NCBI GenBank assembly: GCA_002633005.1
Contig: NMRA01000097.1
Span: 645,734 to 709,733, forward strand
DNA from: Phoronis australis
Taxonomy: Eukaryota > Animalia > Phoronida
DNA length: 64,000 nucleotides
Reading direction: 5' to 3'
Of this stretch, positions 10,484-24,300 are shown one piece after another. A model generated the notes under the pieces. That model ran no database searches. It was not told the origin of the DNA and worked only from the letters and a program-made list of their open reading frames with translations. Position 1 is the stretch's first letter. Every line of letters starts with the position of its first letter. The position numbers and the translations under genes are program-made.

Positions 10484-13400
10484 AATTTCGAAGTTACCCC
10501 CTGTCCCCTAACTCCTTGAGGCCCAACTTTTAATCGCTAAACCTCCGCCGACTGGCTCTGAAGTCTTCTGAAGTTTAGCATAGGTTCGGCACTGCTGACA
10601 CATTTCACAGTACATTGTAAGCAATTCGTTGCTGATAAACTGACTCCACATTAAACAAGTTATTATTACTAACTCGCGTTCATTTAATCTATACTCAAAG
10701 ACTATATTAATGAAAGCGCAGTTGAACAGAGACAAATCTTAAAATCGAATAAAAATTTAAAGGTCAGCATACTGCCGGTTTTCCTCTCGCCATTAAGAAT
10801 AAATTTTGTCGTAAACGAGTAGTCAACGACAATATATTCATTTTTTGGCGTAAATATATAAAACGTGAGGCAGACCGTGCTCTTGCAGATATCACATCAT
10901 ATTCAAGTTTACGTGATTGTCTTGTACGAACGCAAACGCGAATAGATCAGGATCACAGGCGCTCGAAATTCCAGATGATTCATAACCATATATAAGAAAC
11001 ATATGCTTTTTTAGTAGTGAGTGACGTCAGTCGTGATTGAGGAACAGATAAACTCAAGCGCCTTTGATCTGGACTACATGAAAGATAAGTGTCATAGAAC
11101 TGTTTAAAGGTACACTGTACCGCTTGATAGACGCATGTTCCCAAAAGTGTCAGGCTCACAACCCGCAGCTGTTACATCGTGTTGTAGTTGCGCAGTCCTA
11201 TTGTCTGTTGTTGACGTCAGAAACTGCGTCAGCATCTTGGTTTCTAACACACAGGAGTGGCACGAACAGGCAATCTTCCCAAAACAGACGTCCAACAATG
11301 CACCAATTCTAGTGAAAGATTTTGCAATGACGAACACAAGTAAAGTTTGAATGAAGGCAACAGCTTTCTTAAAATGTAACATGTTTCGGCGGGGAAACAT
11401 CCACCGTCATTGTCAAGCTCTACTCAGAGAATGGATGGCCACAGGTACGATACACGGAAAATTCCAAAACAGGCAGAAATACTAGAAACAGGATTAGCTA
11501 GCAATCAACGAATCACAACTCAGTGTAACAGTGTCAGTCAAAGAAACATGTTCATTGAGTCAGGGCGTTCCCGAACACTGAACATAACGTAAAATTCAGT
11601 TGCCGTGAGGACTTGACAGGGACCACAGGGGTCTCACACTCCACTGACTTATCCACATTATTTTGAAAACGCTTTGCCTAGTCACACATTGCGTGTCATA
11701 AAATAGATGAGCATACCAGCAGCTGACGCAGCAAGTAGAACTACTCTCGTTTATCACATTGGTGTAGACTCACAGTTGAACTGTGGCTTTCTGTAGAGCC
11801 CAGACCGTCCCGAGTTGCACCAATACCAACTCCGGATGGTCTCTCACGACGATTAAGCGTTATGTGTGAACGGCTTCGCGAAGTTTAATTCAAATAATAA
11901 CGATTAATATCACTGTCAATCGTAAAGCCGTGGTCCAGAAGCTTCCCTGAAACAGCATTACGGTTTTCCGAGTGACCGCTAGGTGTTCCTTCATCCTTGT
12001 AATCAAGTGGCGAGTTGTCCCACCACTAGACCCAATTCACGCGGCAGAATTAAAATCCAAAGCGAGGCTCACTGCGATAAACAAAGCCGAAGTTGACATT
12101 GCGTGAGTAAATGGCTGCTCTTTCGAGTCCAACCTGGATATTAAATCTTAAAATGTGTCAATAATTAACCACAGAGACGTATAAAAATACATTAGAGAAC
12201 AAGTCAATGCACCAAAGTGTTGTCTGGCGAAAGGGTACACAGTGTAAGCTTTTTTCGGAAAACTAGGTTCAAAACATGAAAAGTAAATATGACTAAATTG
12301 CGGCAGTACGGCTACTAGGTATTATGCTGAATGCAGGGTTACGTTTCTTCTTATAAATTATTGATAACAATGCTAATCTACACGAACCAGTTCGTCTGCT
12401 CTTTTCGACAGCATTTTGCTGTCATGTACATCTGGTTTAATTTGTTAATCAAGAATAACATCAAGCATCAGATAGCATAGCTAGGTCCTGGTGAGGTAGG
12501 GACTACCGGGACTAATAATTGATTTGTCATTGATCTGAAAGAATAAATGATGTTATTAAATATATTTTATTAAAATAAAAAACTGTGTCGTAATTGAAAA
12601 TAAAAATTACTTGACCATCAATTCTGCTTTCTTGGTTTTCGAATAATTCTTACGTCTATTGCATGTGTTAGGATTCAAATATCAATCTGTACCAAGTTGA
12701 ATTTTAAAATTAAAATACGTACCTAATTCGTTCGTTTAAAGCATAATCTCGTTTTAGAGCTCAATTTCAGTTAACTGGACAGAGCAAGCATAGTTATTAT
12801 GTTTCTTCAGGGGCCTCGTTCGTTCATCCCGGCGAGGGGAAAGATGCCTGTGCCTTCAAGAGGGGTATTTTTTCGCTGAGTGACGGGAAAAATCTAGCTC
12901 CCGATCACCATCAATAAGACCCCTGCCCTGTTGCAAGCTCTCATACTGTAGGCTATGTCTCGAGCAACATTTTGTGCTCTTTCCAGCCGTCAAATTGTCA
13001 CATGTGTGGTTCACGCCAGATGATTTGAACGTCGAAGAGAAATTTCCAATCACTTGTTTAGGCCTCGTGGGGAATTTCGCGTGATTTTTTAATATTTTTA
13101 GAGGGGCATAGAGCCGATATTCGGCCCCAAAATAGAGGGATTGAGGGCCCTGTCCTTTTTGGAAAGAAAAATGCATCATGAAAACACCGTGTCGGCTGGC
13201 CGAAGATTCTCCAGTCGTCATTACTCGGCAACGAGATGCTATCAAATATGATCTAAATTTCGAAAACATTAATAAACTTTACACGGATATATTCTCTTTC
13301 GTCGCTTCCGCATCTCAGCGTCCTTAGTCGGAGATTGTAAAACAGACAGTTGAATGTCCGTATTTTCCCTAGCCGTTCGAGCAACGCGGAATACAGCTAC

Positions 13401-15596
13401 ATGTATCGTAGCGAGCCTCGTTTTGGAACTCGCCTCCTGTCGGCGTGAATAGGGTCCATATAAGTCGTTTGACAACAGCTACAACCAAATTCATACACTG
13501 CATTGGATTTTAGAGCGAAAAGAATCTATATAGAACACAACTGAGTGAAGTACCCTTGAAACCTTGAAGCTGAACAACCATGTTGACTGACTCGTAAACA
13601 AAACCAAACGACGACCGAACTTATCACAACAGAGGGAGAACATGAATGACTCGACTGTTGTCTCACAGTCAGAAAAGAAATTGGCGCGAAAATTTGCCTC
13701 CCAAAACGTCACTTCCTTAGTAGAGGACGAGAAATTAATTAAATTACGAAAAGCTGTAATTAAGTGAAAAATATGTCTGGGATAATCAACAGACCTTGTT
13801 TTTGCTAAAAGTGACATGAAAAAATGATTGCCTTCGCCTTTAAGCGTATCTCAAGAGCACGCTTCTCTTAGGGGAGTATTCAAAGCTGGTTGAAAACACG
13901 ACACTTTTCGTTATTAACAATCTTTATTCCGTTCCTATCCTCTCGGAACAAAGCTCTACACTAAATAGAACATTGGTAATGCAACTGACCAAGAGAGATG
14001 ATTAAAAGACACTCGGTATTTCGAAATTTACTTTTTTCATTCTCAAGTAGAAATAAAATGACGCAGCAATAGCACCAAGCAGAAATGTGGAGACATACAC
14101 GTACACAGTGAGACACGGCACGTGTGAAATGCTGCTTATGATGACAAATGAAGGGGGGACAGGAAAGTTACGCAAACAAGTGTATCGTGCGGCGCGACCC
14201 TGTTTGCTGCTCATTCAAAACAGGCCGCATCGAATGCAGTCAAAAGGGACTCGATACTTTCAATCGCAGCTCATCCTGTTCTACATGTACTTACCGAATT
14301 GACGTGTTTTCCACAATTTGTGGTGGGGAATGTTACGTTCGTGACATTGCAGAATGTTTTTGTATGGTGCCGTTTTGAAGATGGATAGGTAAATGACACG
14401 AAAGACAGCAAATCGTTTGACCAATGTAACATTGCTTGACATTTGATCTAAGACATTCGTACGTACATGTAGGGCATACAAACACATAAACAACACTAAA
14501 CTGGGCAACAGGGCGAACTTTCGCTTTAGAAATGTTATTTTTCATGACAAGGTAGTGCTTCCTATTCCGATAATAAATAATAACACCGAGGTGATCATCG
14601 GGCTTACGAACTTCAACATTCCCCTGATGATTTTCTTAGTGGCGTGTTCGTCCTGAAGTTAATTATTGGATAAACATTATAAAATAACTTTTTGGTCACA
14701 CCGGTCCAACATGCAGTGACTTTGGACATGAATCGCCTAATATTTGAGTTCTATAAAAGCATTGGTGTACCCATTATTTACCGGGGTTTGTCTTATACGA
14801 TTTACATGTACTTCTCGATTGAAGAATAGCCAGTTAGACGACACCAAATACGAAATTATTAAGAATAAACCGTTTTCTTTGAAAAAATGCCCCTTAGGGT
14901 CATGAGCAGTATAGTATCTCTGAACAACCGACAAAACGATTACCGGTACTAGATTTTCTACGCACCGTCACAAAAATGTAAACTATGTATATTGTAGGTC
15001 AGCTTACCATAAGTACGCCGTGACGCGTCATCAGAACTTGCGGGTGGCAAAGGCAACACTAGTGCGTATTATCGCGTTTCAAACACATTGAGCACAAAAG
15101 CCTGAGCAAAAAGAAGTTTAAGTTGTTCGTTAGAGAACGGCGATCTTTGACTCGACCAAGTGACTGCCCGCTTCATAAGATAGTTGGCGGCCGACTGACT
15201 ATATTTCGGAGCAATCAACATTGTCTCAAACTTTTCAAGGTTGGCAGGAGAAACGGCGCATAATTTAATTTACACCATTTATGCGATATCTCAATGCACA
15301 TTTTAAGGATTTTGAATAGATTTAACGTTGAATTGATTTCTATAATTCACGTTTGTTATGTTTAATCTAGACTGATACGCTGGACAAAATATAAAAATTC
15401 CAAGATTCAGTGGGCACAGCTCAACGACTTACCAGGCACGAGGCTTCCTGGATACGCCTAATCCACTTTGTTTGACCTCCAAGTAATGTAAAGACTAAAT
15501 TCCCATTTTTCAAAAGCGTGCAATCACCACATCGTTCGTTTCAACCGGATAACGCCGAACAAAAACAATGAAGACAATAGCACGGTGGAGTTTTTG

Positions 15597-15602
15597 TTTA
15601 TT
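15597..15602 (-). terminator. Candidate polyadenylation signal for eIF3J (implies about 2.8 kb 3' UTR)
   Basis: AATAAA on the minus strand (plus tttatt) downstream of the eIF3J stop; assignment inferred from position only. Confidence 0.35.
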
Positions 15603-17314
15603 AGATTCATAATATTGGCATTTTACAGTTTTCTCATAAATAGCATTAAGCATGGAGCAAATAAAACCATAATTAATCATCACCCTTCGTCTTTAACAAA
15701 TTTAACTGGGAGATACCAAACCATTGCCCATCACCCCATGTAGTGCATACATGCACTTCTTATGCCCTCGATATTTGTGATGTTTGGCACCACCCTTTCA
15801 CTCTTGCACCCTCCAAACCACGTTCTTGATAAACAGCCAACAGAGAAAAAAAAACTAATTTATTTAACCCAAAATCTCCAATAAGGTGGACACTAATGCA
15901 AAGACTGCCAGTGAAAGGATTGATGTTCCAAACAAAAACAACTCGGTTCAACTCACGACATTGTGGGCTGTTGGCATCTAGCGGTTCTTGTCTACTGGCA
16001 ATGGACAAAGAAGAGGTTTTTGAGGTTTTGTAGGAACTTGTTAACAAGTCCCTGCATCCAGCCAAATACTTGACAGTAACTCGGAATAAGTGACGTTTTC
16101 TTTACTGAAAATAGAATGTCCGTAAAATTCGATTTTTGTCTTAATACCCACGTGCCATTAATTGGGTCACCGCATCTTTTTGTGAAAATTTAGCACAAAG
16201 AAAGTTCCATTCATAGCAAAACAACCGTAGCAGAAATGTTTAAGATCAATTTTCAAAAACACTGCTAGGGTTTTCTAAAATTTATGCTTCACGTAAGTTC
16301 AATTTTTTTCAGAGAAATCGCGCATCTTATTTTTGATAACCCCCTAAAAATGGAACATTTCAAAAACAACGGCCGAAAGCGTTTTGGAGAATAGTGCACA
16401 AAGCATAATATCTTAAAGTTTCACAAGAGCTGGCTTTGTTATTTATGAGACACAGCGCTAAGAAATGAGCCAATTTTGGAAATTCTTTAGGGTCCTCCAC
16501 CACCTTAACAACAGAGCAGGTGGGCGCAATAATGTAGCATATCAGAACACATAGTTATTACCGTCTTGAAAACATTTCTTGGGATTTAAAGGCGTGTTAC
16601 ATATATAAAAGTTTTCCCTTTGGAGGACATTTGCTACATTGCAAATCAAACCACATGGTATTTAAAGAACAGTTCTTTGAAATATGACATCCTTGAACAG
16701 TTGAGCGTTCAGGCACTAGCAGGGGTTGGTTCATATTCAGCACTATGATCAAAATCGACAACTACCTTGAATGCAGACTGCTCCCTTAGCAAAAAGTACA
16801 AAGTTGGTGCGCCCTCTGTGGATTAGGTTTTCACATCTTAACCACCCTTTCCCTTAACCACACAAACCACTATTATTACCCATAATTCTTACTTGCTGAG
16901 CATGTCAATCATGGCTCCAAAGCCACAGAATAACAATAAAGCACCACTTTCAATATTACTGCTCATGCAAAGCAGATAAAACTGACTTTTCAAACAAAAC
17001 TCAACATTCCAAACGTGGTTCAGGGCTTGTAAATCATGGCTCAAGATTTCCAAACACCGCACAGAATTTTTCCATAATGGTGCAGGGCAGTGTTCATTAC
17101 AGGAAGGCAGAACATTGAAAATCTAGACCAATGAATTAACAATGAGCCCCATAATGAAATTGCATAAAGCTACAGTCTTATGTCATAGCTGTAACCAGCC
17201 CTACACTGCATAGCAATATACATGTAAAAAAATGTATTACACAAGGCTTTACGTAAACTGTGTGGAAGGGCTGCATTCTTTCATACTTCTTAGCTGTAAC
17301 AAGCCCTACACTAC

Positions 17315-17498
17315 CAGGGCTTGAAATGACCAACGAAAAAAGAGGATAGTTTTCCAGGTGATGTATCGTTCCACAAGTCAACAAGCTTACATGAAAAAAA
17401 TATTTGAGATGAAAAAGAGGAAACTGGAAATCAAATGAGAGGAAATCGAAACCAAAAATAGAGGAAATTCACGTAAAAGGAGAAAATTCCAAACCCTA
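17315..17498. mobile_element. Degenerate MITE of the CAGGGCTTG family
   Basis: Starts cagggcttgaaatgacc and ends gaaaattccaaacccta; flanks cactac/cacttc (5/6 match, old 6-bp TSD); termini match the copy at 22608-23113. Confidence 0.6.
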
Positions 17499-18024
17499 CA
17501 CTTCGTAGCAACATCAACAACTGTCTGGTTTAGGAGCAGTGACTGGCGCTATGGTAACATCTCTAGTATTTTGGACACAAGCACTTGAAATTCCTCTACT
17601 TTCTTTTTTCAAGGTCTATTTACACAGTAGCAACTGCCCCAACCTTTTCAAAATATTGTCTTGTAGTAAGTTATATGGTACAGACCTTGGACATTAATTT
17701 CATGCTACGTAACTTTCATGAAACAATGAGAAAACAAAATTTCACATGTTTGCCAAATTACATCCTCAATTGGCAAGATTTTCCTATTACAATCATATTC
17801 GTTCGACAGCATGCTCCAATTAAGGGTTATTCCATTACATGTACCGCTTCACTTACACTAAAACTGCTCAATTATTTGCCTTGAATATTCAATATTGTCT
17901 CCTCAAATATACTGAAATGACCACAGAATCCCTCCACGTTAAGGCTTAATTTGTAGATGTGTACAGTGAAGGAGAGGGACATCCTAGAGTGACATTATTG
18001 GTTAAAAAAATGAATTGCAGAAAT

Positions 18025-18100
18025 TAGTCCAAGTGAGAATTCAAGCACGTAGCTTTCACGCTCACAGTCAGATGTTCTGCCAACTGAGCTAAATCAGACT
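18025..18100 (-). pseudogene. tRNA-like remnant (tRNA pseudogene or SINE head) downstream of the eIF3J stop
   Basis: Minus strand AGTCTGATT-TAGCTCAGTTGGCAGAAC...CTTGAATTCTCAC-TTGGACT: A-box TAGCTCAGTTGG and pairing ends AGTCTGA/TTGGACT, but degenerate B-box and anticodon arm. Confidence 0.45.
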
Positions 18101-18371
18101 TGATAAGTGACAAGGTATTTCAAGCGTGCTTGACTAGGAGTCACAGCAAATGTCTAGAAGACAACGACAAGAACAGGGGACTCGAAATAAAACCACAAAA
18201 AACAATGGATTGTATTTTTTATAGCTTTGGTAAAGGCTAACAAAGTCAAAAAGTTTATCCCATCCAACCATCATCCAAAATATGCGTTTTCCATCATTAG
18301 AAACGATAATTCACTTTAATGAGAAGCTTAGAATATGACATTCACTTGTAACATTGGAAACGGTTGCTAGG

Positions 18372-21300
18372 CTACATGAAATCCTCAAACTCATCCACAT
18401 CATCATAATCGTTATAGTCACCATCTCTAGTCTTGGCCAGTGTAGCTTTCTTCCTGCCCTTTTTATGTTTTCCCAATTTTTCCTAGAAAATTAAAGAAAG
18501 CCATGTTAGCAAAGAGGCACAAGTCGGACAAAAAAGAGTCGCTGGTTCCTCAAGAACGTCTGTCCTACATATGTCGGACAATTATTGTAATACTAAGTCA
18601 TAATACATTTGCCACAAACACAGATGAAATAATATTCATCCTCAACGTTGTTACATGAACAAAACGGACAATATCTGACGGTCAACACCATGATGACGAC
18701 CGGTCTCTATGCTCAATCTATGAGCAACACAATCATGCCATAGAGCAAATAAAACTAAATGGAATAGGCAAAGCTAAGTATGATTCAAATCCAAAATTGT
18801 TTTTGATTAAGTTCAACTGTGCTGTGGGCCTACGGCCTTTGAGCGCTTCAATAAAGTTATTATAAAAAGTACACTTGCCACAAAAGAAACATGCAAATTA
18901 TACTTCAATATCAGGATGTTTGCACACACAGTCCTTTTAACAATAACGAGGATAAAACTGTGGCATAATCAGAGACACAGACTCATTCCACAGGTACCAA
19001 ACTTGATAGCCCACTGAACCAATCTTTAAATGTCATAGGCGGACTTCAAAAATGCTGCATTTAGGGGTCACTTATCTGTATATTTTTACATTGAAAATTT
19101 TTATTGGTTACCCTCTTTACGACACCCTAGACCCGACAGCCACTGTCGCAACTCTCTCAAATCTATAAAAGATCTAGTACACCCACGAATGCAATAGCCA
19201 TGCTTCTCTGAACATACACGACATAACCAAATGGACTTACTTTTTGTGCCTTAGCTTTTTCATTTGATAATGTGTTGAGCGTACTGCCTAACCTTTTGAT
19301 GTCTTCTGGATCCACTGTCGACATACAAAGAATGAAATATATACTACATGTAGGAACATCGCAAAAAATGAAGAACGTGTCATTCAAAGCCCCAATGGCT
19401 ATGAAGGCCCATCAATCCCTCAACTTTGGCCCCATTCCCCCCTGAAAAATATTGAAAAATCAGGCGAAATTCCTCTCTCAATGCCAAAAAATTCCCCTCA
19501 AGTGATTGAGAAATTCCCCACGAGGTTCATATCACTTGTAACACACTCAAGAGACAATTTGCAAGAATTTTGGCTACTTGAAGTAAAGCTTATAATGGCT
19601 TGCAATAGGGTGGGGGTGCTATTGATGGTGACTGGGACTGAGGTAGATTTTTCCCTTCACCCCGAAATATTCCCCTTTCACAAGGCTCAGGCACGATTCC
19701 TCTTGGATGAGGGCTTTGCCATGTTATGTATTGTTATGTACGCTTAAGTATCCTGTTTCAAAATGCAATCCAATTTCCCTTTTCTTGTTTTATAACACCA
19801 AAGACTTCCATGGCAACTCAAAAATAGCTCTCAATTCCGAGTACATCATCTAGGGACTTGAGTTAAGTTAGGTGGGTGCCACTTCTCCAGTTTGACTGCA
19901 GTAAATACAGGTTTGGATTACAAGTCTGAGACATTTTAAGAACTGAGAAAAGTATGGTGATAATGGGCCCAGCGGCGACTGGAAGGACAACAATATGCAC
20001 CCACATAATGTATATGTGGGTGCAGACTGTCATCAATCTGTCCACACATAATATATTTTACATTCAGTTTTACAAGGGTCTAATTACTAATATTAAAACA
20101 CACCATGTTACGCATGCGCACTACAATACACGGCTCCAGACTCTTTTCAAAGTCAGACAAGGTTAAACCAAAGAAAAGTGGTACCTGAACGAAAAAACAC
20201 TCAAGCACTAGATGGTACACAATACTCACATCCCGTACAGCAGTCTCTAAATAGATTTTCTAGGAAGGTAACGTAGTGTCCAGATGTCTGAAAAAAGTAA
20301 AAAAATGACTGTACAGCGGAACCATGGTATCACAAACCTGAAGCCCATTTTATCAAAGGTGGTCGGTAGCTAAGATGGACCAAGGCACGTTACTGCAAAT
20401 GCAAAGCAATATTGCCCAGAACGCCGACCTAATTCTAGTGTACACTGTGCAATAGTAAAAGTCACATCTTGTAAACAACTTGATCTTGCGTTGGGTCTTC
20501 CCGCACAAAATTCTGCAAAAATTAACACAAAAGTGAATTGTCCTTGCGCTACATAAAAGTGCATTGTCCTTGTGCTACATGTTCTGATTCCCCAGGGAAG
20601 TTATTCCATCTTTGATTGGTCAAAATGTTGTTTTAATAGCAAATGAAAGTAAGAACTTTTACCCCAGGTTTTACTCAATTACAAAGTACAATGCCAGCAT
20701 TGGGCCTGTGCACCGAAATTTCTACAAAATAATCAAGATTAAGAATTGCCCATTTAGAAAACATGCACTATTTCTCCCCGTGAACAATTAAACACAGTTG
20801 TGCATTCCAAATGCAAGGACACACTAAAATCTTATATGTTTACGTTGCCAGATACGATTCTCATAGACACGTGACTCTCGCACAAAGGAGTGTGTATCCT
20901 ACAATTTTGTACGCAATGTAATCACGGAGTTTGTTTGCTCTTGATTAGTTCATAAACAAAGGAACAGTGACCACAGCATGAAGTTTGCCGCAAAATGACC
21001 GGCGGCTATTCTGATGGTCAATTGTACTGCCTTGCACTTAGTTGCCATGATGAGGAATCCTGCTTGCGCTCAGCAGCCATTACAGAATGACAGCTGATTA
21101 TGTTTCATTATCTTTACCGTGTACTGCACTATGATTTGCTCAGTTCCAACGAGACAAAGAGTTTCTCCGAGTATGACCAATTCCAGCATACTCTGTCCGA
21201 GTTGAGCAAAGGTATGTCTCTTCACAGGTCCGACTAAAGAGCTTTTTACTGCAAGCTTTTGGAGTAAAATAGTAAAATGTCGCCACGGACATTACAGTGG

Positions 21301-24300
21301 ACCGATTGAGATGATCATTTCACAGCCCCTTGCTACAGTCTCGCAGCAAAAAAATCATTAAAATTCTTTCCAATAGGCAGACTTTCACCCCCTTTATTCT
21401 TCAGTGAAGGACATACATTTGATTGAATGAAAACTGCATGACTGTACAAGATTTACTTCAGTCGCACCAAAGAATCTCCATAATGTACAGTCATTCCGTT
21501 CTTATTCCACGCCTACAAATCAGTTCACGGTGAATCCAGGCAATCTTAATTAACATTAAGTGTCTTACTTCATACTGGGTGATCTTTTTCCTCAGCGCTG
21601 CATGAAATTCATCAAACTCTTCAGGCGTGGACGGGTTCATGGCTTCAATGCCAGTCCTTCCAGCCAGGTCATCATTTGTGACCCCTGAAAGAGGTCAAAT
21701 TTTTACTTGCAGACACTATGTCAGTGGGTGGCATTAATAGCAAGTTTAAGTGCATGAGTGAAAACCGCCGTGTCCATAACTTTGGTTTGGGAGAATGAAT
21801 TTGTTCTCACCGATGCTTTTTCACATTGAACACAAGTGAATAAGTCTGCCCGCTCTAATTTTCTCTAAGTAATGAGCCTTGGTTACACACGCGACAAATG
21901 TTGCCAGTTTACAATTTTAAAAACATTCTCAACATCGTGGTATATTTGTTGCTATTCCAAAGACCAGATAAAATACTAGTTTGAAAGAATTCCAATGGAT
22001 ACATTTAACACCGCCATGTGTTATTCCAACTTAGTGCACAAGAGGGGATTCTGATAATCTACCCTTTGTAAGGAGGAGAAAAATTACTCAGCTAACACAC
22101 TGGGACCAGCTTCATAAAAGGTTATAGGTCAAACAGTTATAACTGACACATAGATGATCAACATGCTACTGAAGGTGCACATTGTGTACAAATATGAATA
22201 ATGTCAAATTCATGCGAGTTGCAACCTCTGGCTCTCATAAATACACATTACTATATGTTCTCAATAACACAGCAAAAATCATCATCCACACCTTATTATT
22301 TTTAACAACATTCTCATCAAAATGACATACCCAAAAATTCATTTTTGACCCTTAGAAGTGGGGCTCCTTATACTAATAAGGGGGTACCATCCGAAGAGCA
22401 ACGAGAGCAGCACTCCCTATGTTAATATCAGCACAACCACTTTTTGGCAACACTCAGGTGGGACCCTTTTATTAATACAAGTGGCCCGGCCTTTTGGCTG
22501 CATTTAGGTAGGGCTCCCTATATTGATATAGGGACTCTCCCTTGTGAAGCTCAAGAATGGATTTCTTATCACATGTCATTTTAATAAGAATAAGTCGTTT
22601 AAATAATCAGGGCTTGGAATGACCAATGACAAAAAACGCGGAAACTTTTACGGCCCAAATCATGCGCGCTACCCAGCCTTGAAATGGTCGATGTGAACCT
22701 TTCCCCGACAAAATTCGGGAGGACTAAAAATAAAAAAAAAACGTTACCTCCATCACTAACATGCGTCTGCGTCCTTTTAGCTCTTCCGTCCAATCCCAAC
22801 CCACACATTTTTGGCTGCAGAGCTGTAGTATTTGTCGCCGCGGTTTACAATAACACGAGACGCCATTGAAAATCCCACTACGCTATCCCAGATGCCCCGG
22901 CAATGTTGACAATTTACGTTCCTCCGAAACATAAAGAGCAACTTCCGCTTTTCGAGGTGAACGTCGTCTGCAACGCCGCGGTAAGAAAAGAATTTGTCGT
23001 GGAAATTATATATCAAATCCGAATTTTTTTTACGCGGAAATATAATAAAATGCGCGGACAGAACATTTGAAAAAAGCGGAAATCCGCGTTTCCGCGGAAA
23101 ATTCCAAGCCCTGAATAATAAGCTGTTCACAGCTATTATTGGTCACCAATCTATCTCTTCAAAATGTCTTGTCCCCAGCGCCCCCTACCTAATGCATCCC
23201 TAACTAGATCGAGGTCAGAATCCTCCTGCAACTTCTGAAGCCTCAACTTCTCAGCCAAGACCTGTTCAGGTGTCCGATTGGCGCTCTCTTCAGCAGCCTG
23301 CCAAAAAAAAACAAAAAAACAGCCATGTTAATCGTCAAGATACAGCAACTCTTGAAAAAACTGGACAACGCTGAAGTGTGTCGAGTTTCAAACCACAAAA
23401 CTGCAACATCCACTGATTTTCGACTAGAACCCATTTCAATTCGGGCAAAATCTGGATACTTGTTGTTCAGAACACGTTGTTGCTATGGCACTCGATTTGG
23501 CCACCTGCAGCTTGCCAACCTCGGAAAAATCCCACATTGCCAGAGCAAGTAGCAAACAAAGTCAGATCATAATTCACCTGAAATTCACTTCAAAATCTGT
23601 AGTTACTTCTAAACAGTTAATTTTAATAGTATTTATTAGTTAACAGATTCCAGACTTTCCTTCACAACTGTTCTGTTCGTGTCGTGAAATCAGTGCATCT
23701 GCCTCCCTCAGCAGCCAGCACACGTCAAAACGCGCTCAAATTTCAACAAGAAGTAAACAGACAGTAATTGGAACTGTCCTGCAAAAATTGCACAGTCGGA
23801 CCATGGAACACACACCTTCAGTGTTTCTGATCGTCTAAAATCTCTGCAGGTAAGAGGAATTGAGCTAGCTTGAGTTAAGGTAGGCAAACCATAATATAAC
23901 TCAGAAATATGTATCTCAATAAATTAGTTGGGTAAACATTTCTACGTGATCAAAGAGTCGACATCGGGACTTCTGTTGAATGAGGGAAAAGACAGCAGTC
24001 TACATTGTATCGTCTCACACGACGATGTATCTCATAATGGGAACGTGCATCGCGATACCCTGCGAAAAGTGTTCATTTGTGGAAGAAATGGAACGGGTAG
24101 GCAACGCGAAGAATTATGGTGACAACGTGTTTTTTTTTGGTTGACAACGTACGACCTCAGTGTTGGTGACCTCAGTTTTCGTCTGGAAATCTGTAATTTT
24201 AGCTTAGTCGCATATTGCCAAATGGCATTAGCATCACGCACACTGAGTGAACTGTGATCCCTAACAGACTTGACTCCAAGCAGTTAATGTTAATCACCTT

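Noticed and set aside
12856-13817. Cluster of minus-strand ORFs (137, 68 and 108 aa) as a transposase
   Set aside because: No DDE, RT or zinc-finger motifs recognised and no consistent splice signals; probably non-coding repeat-derived sequence.
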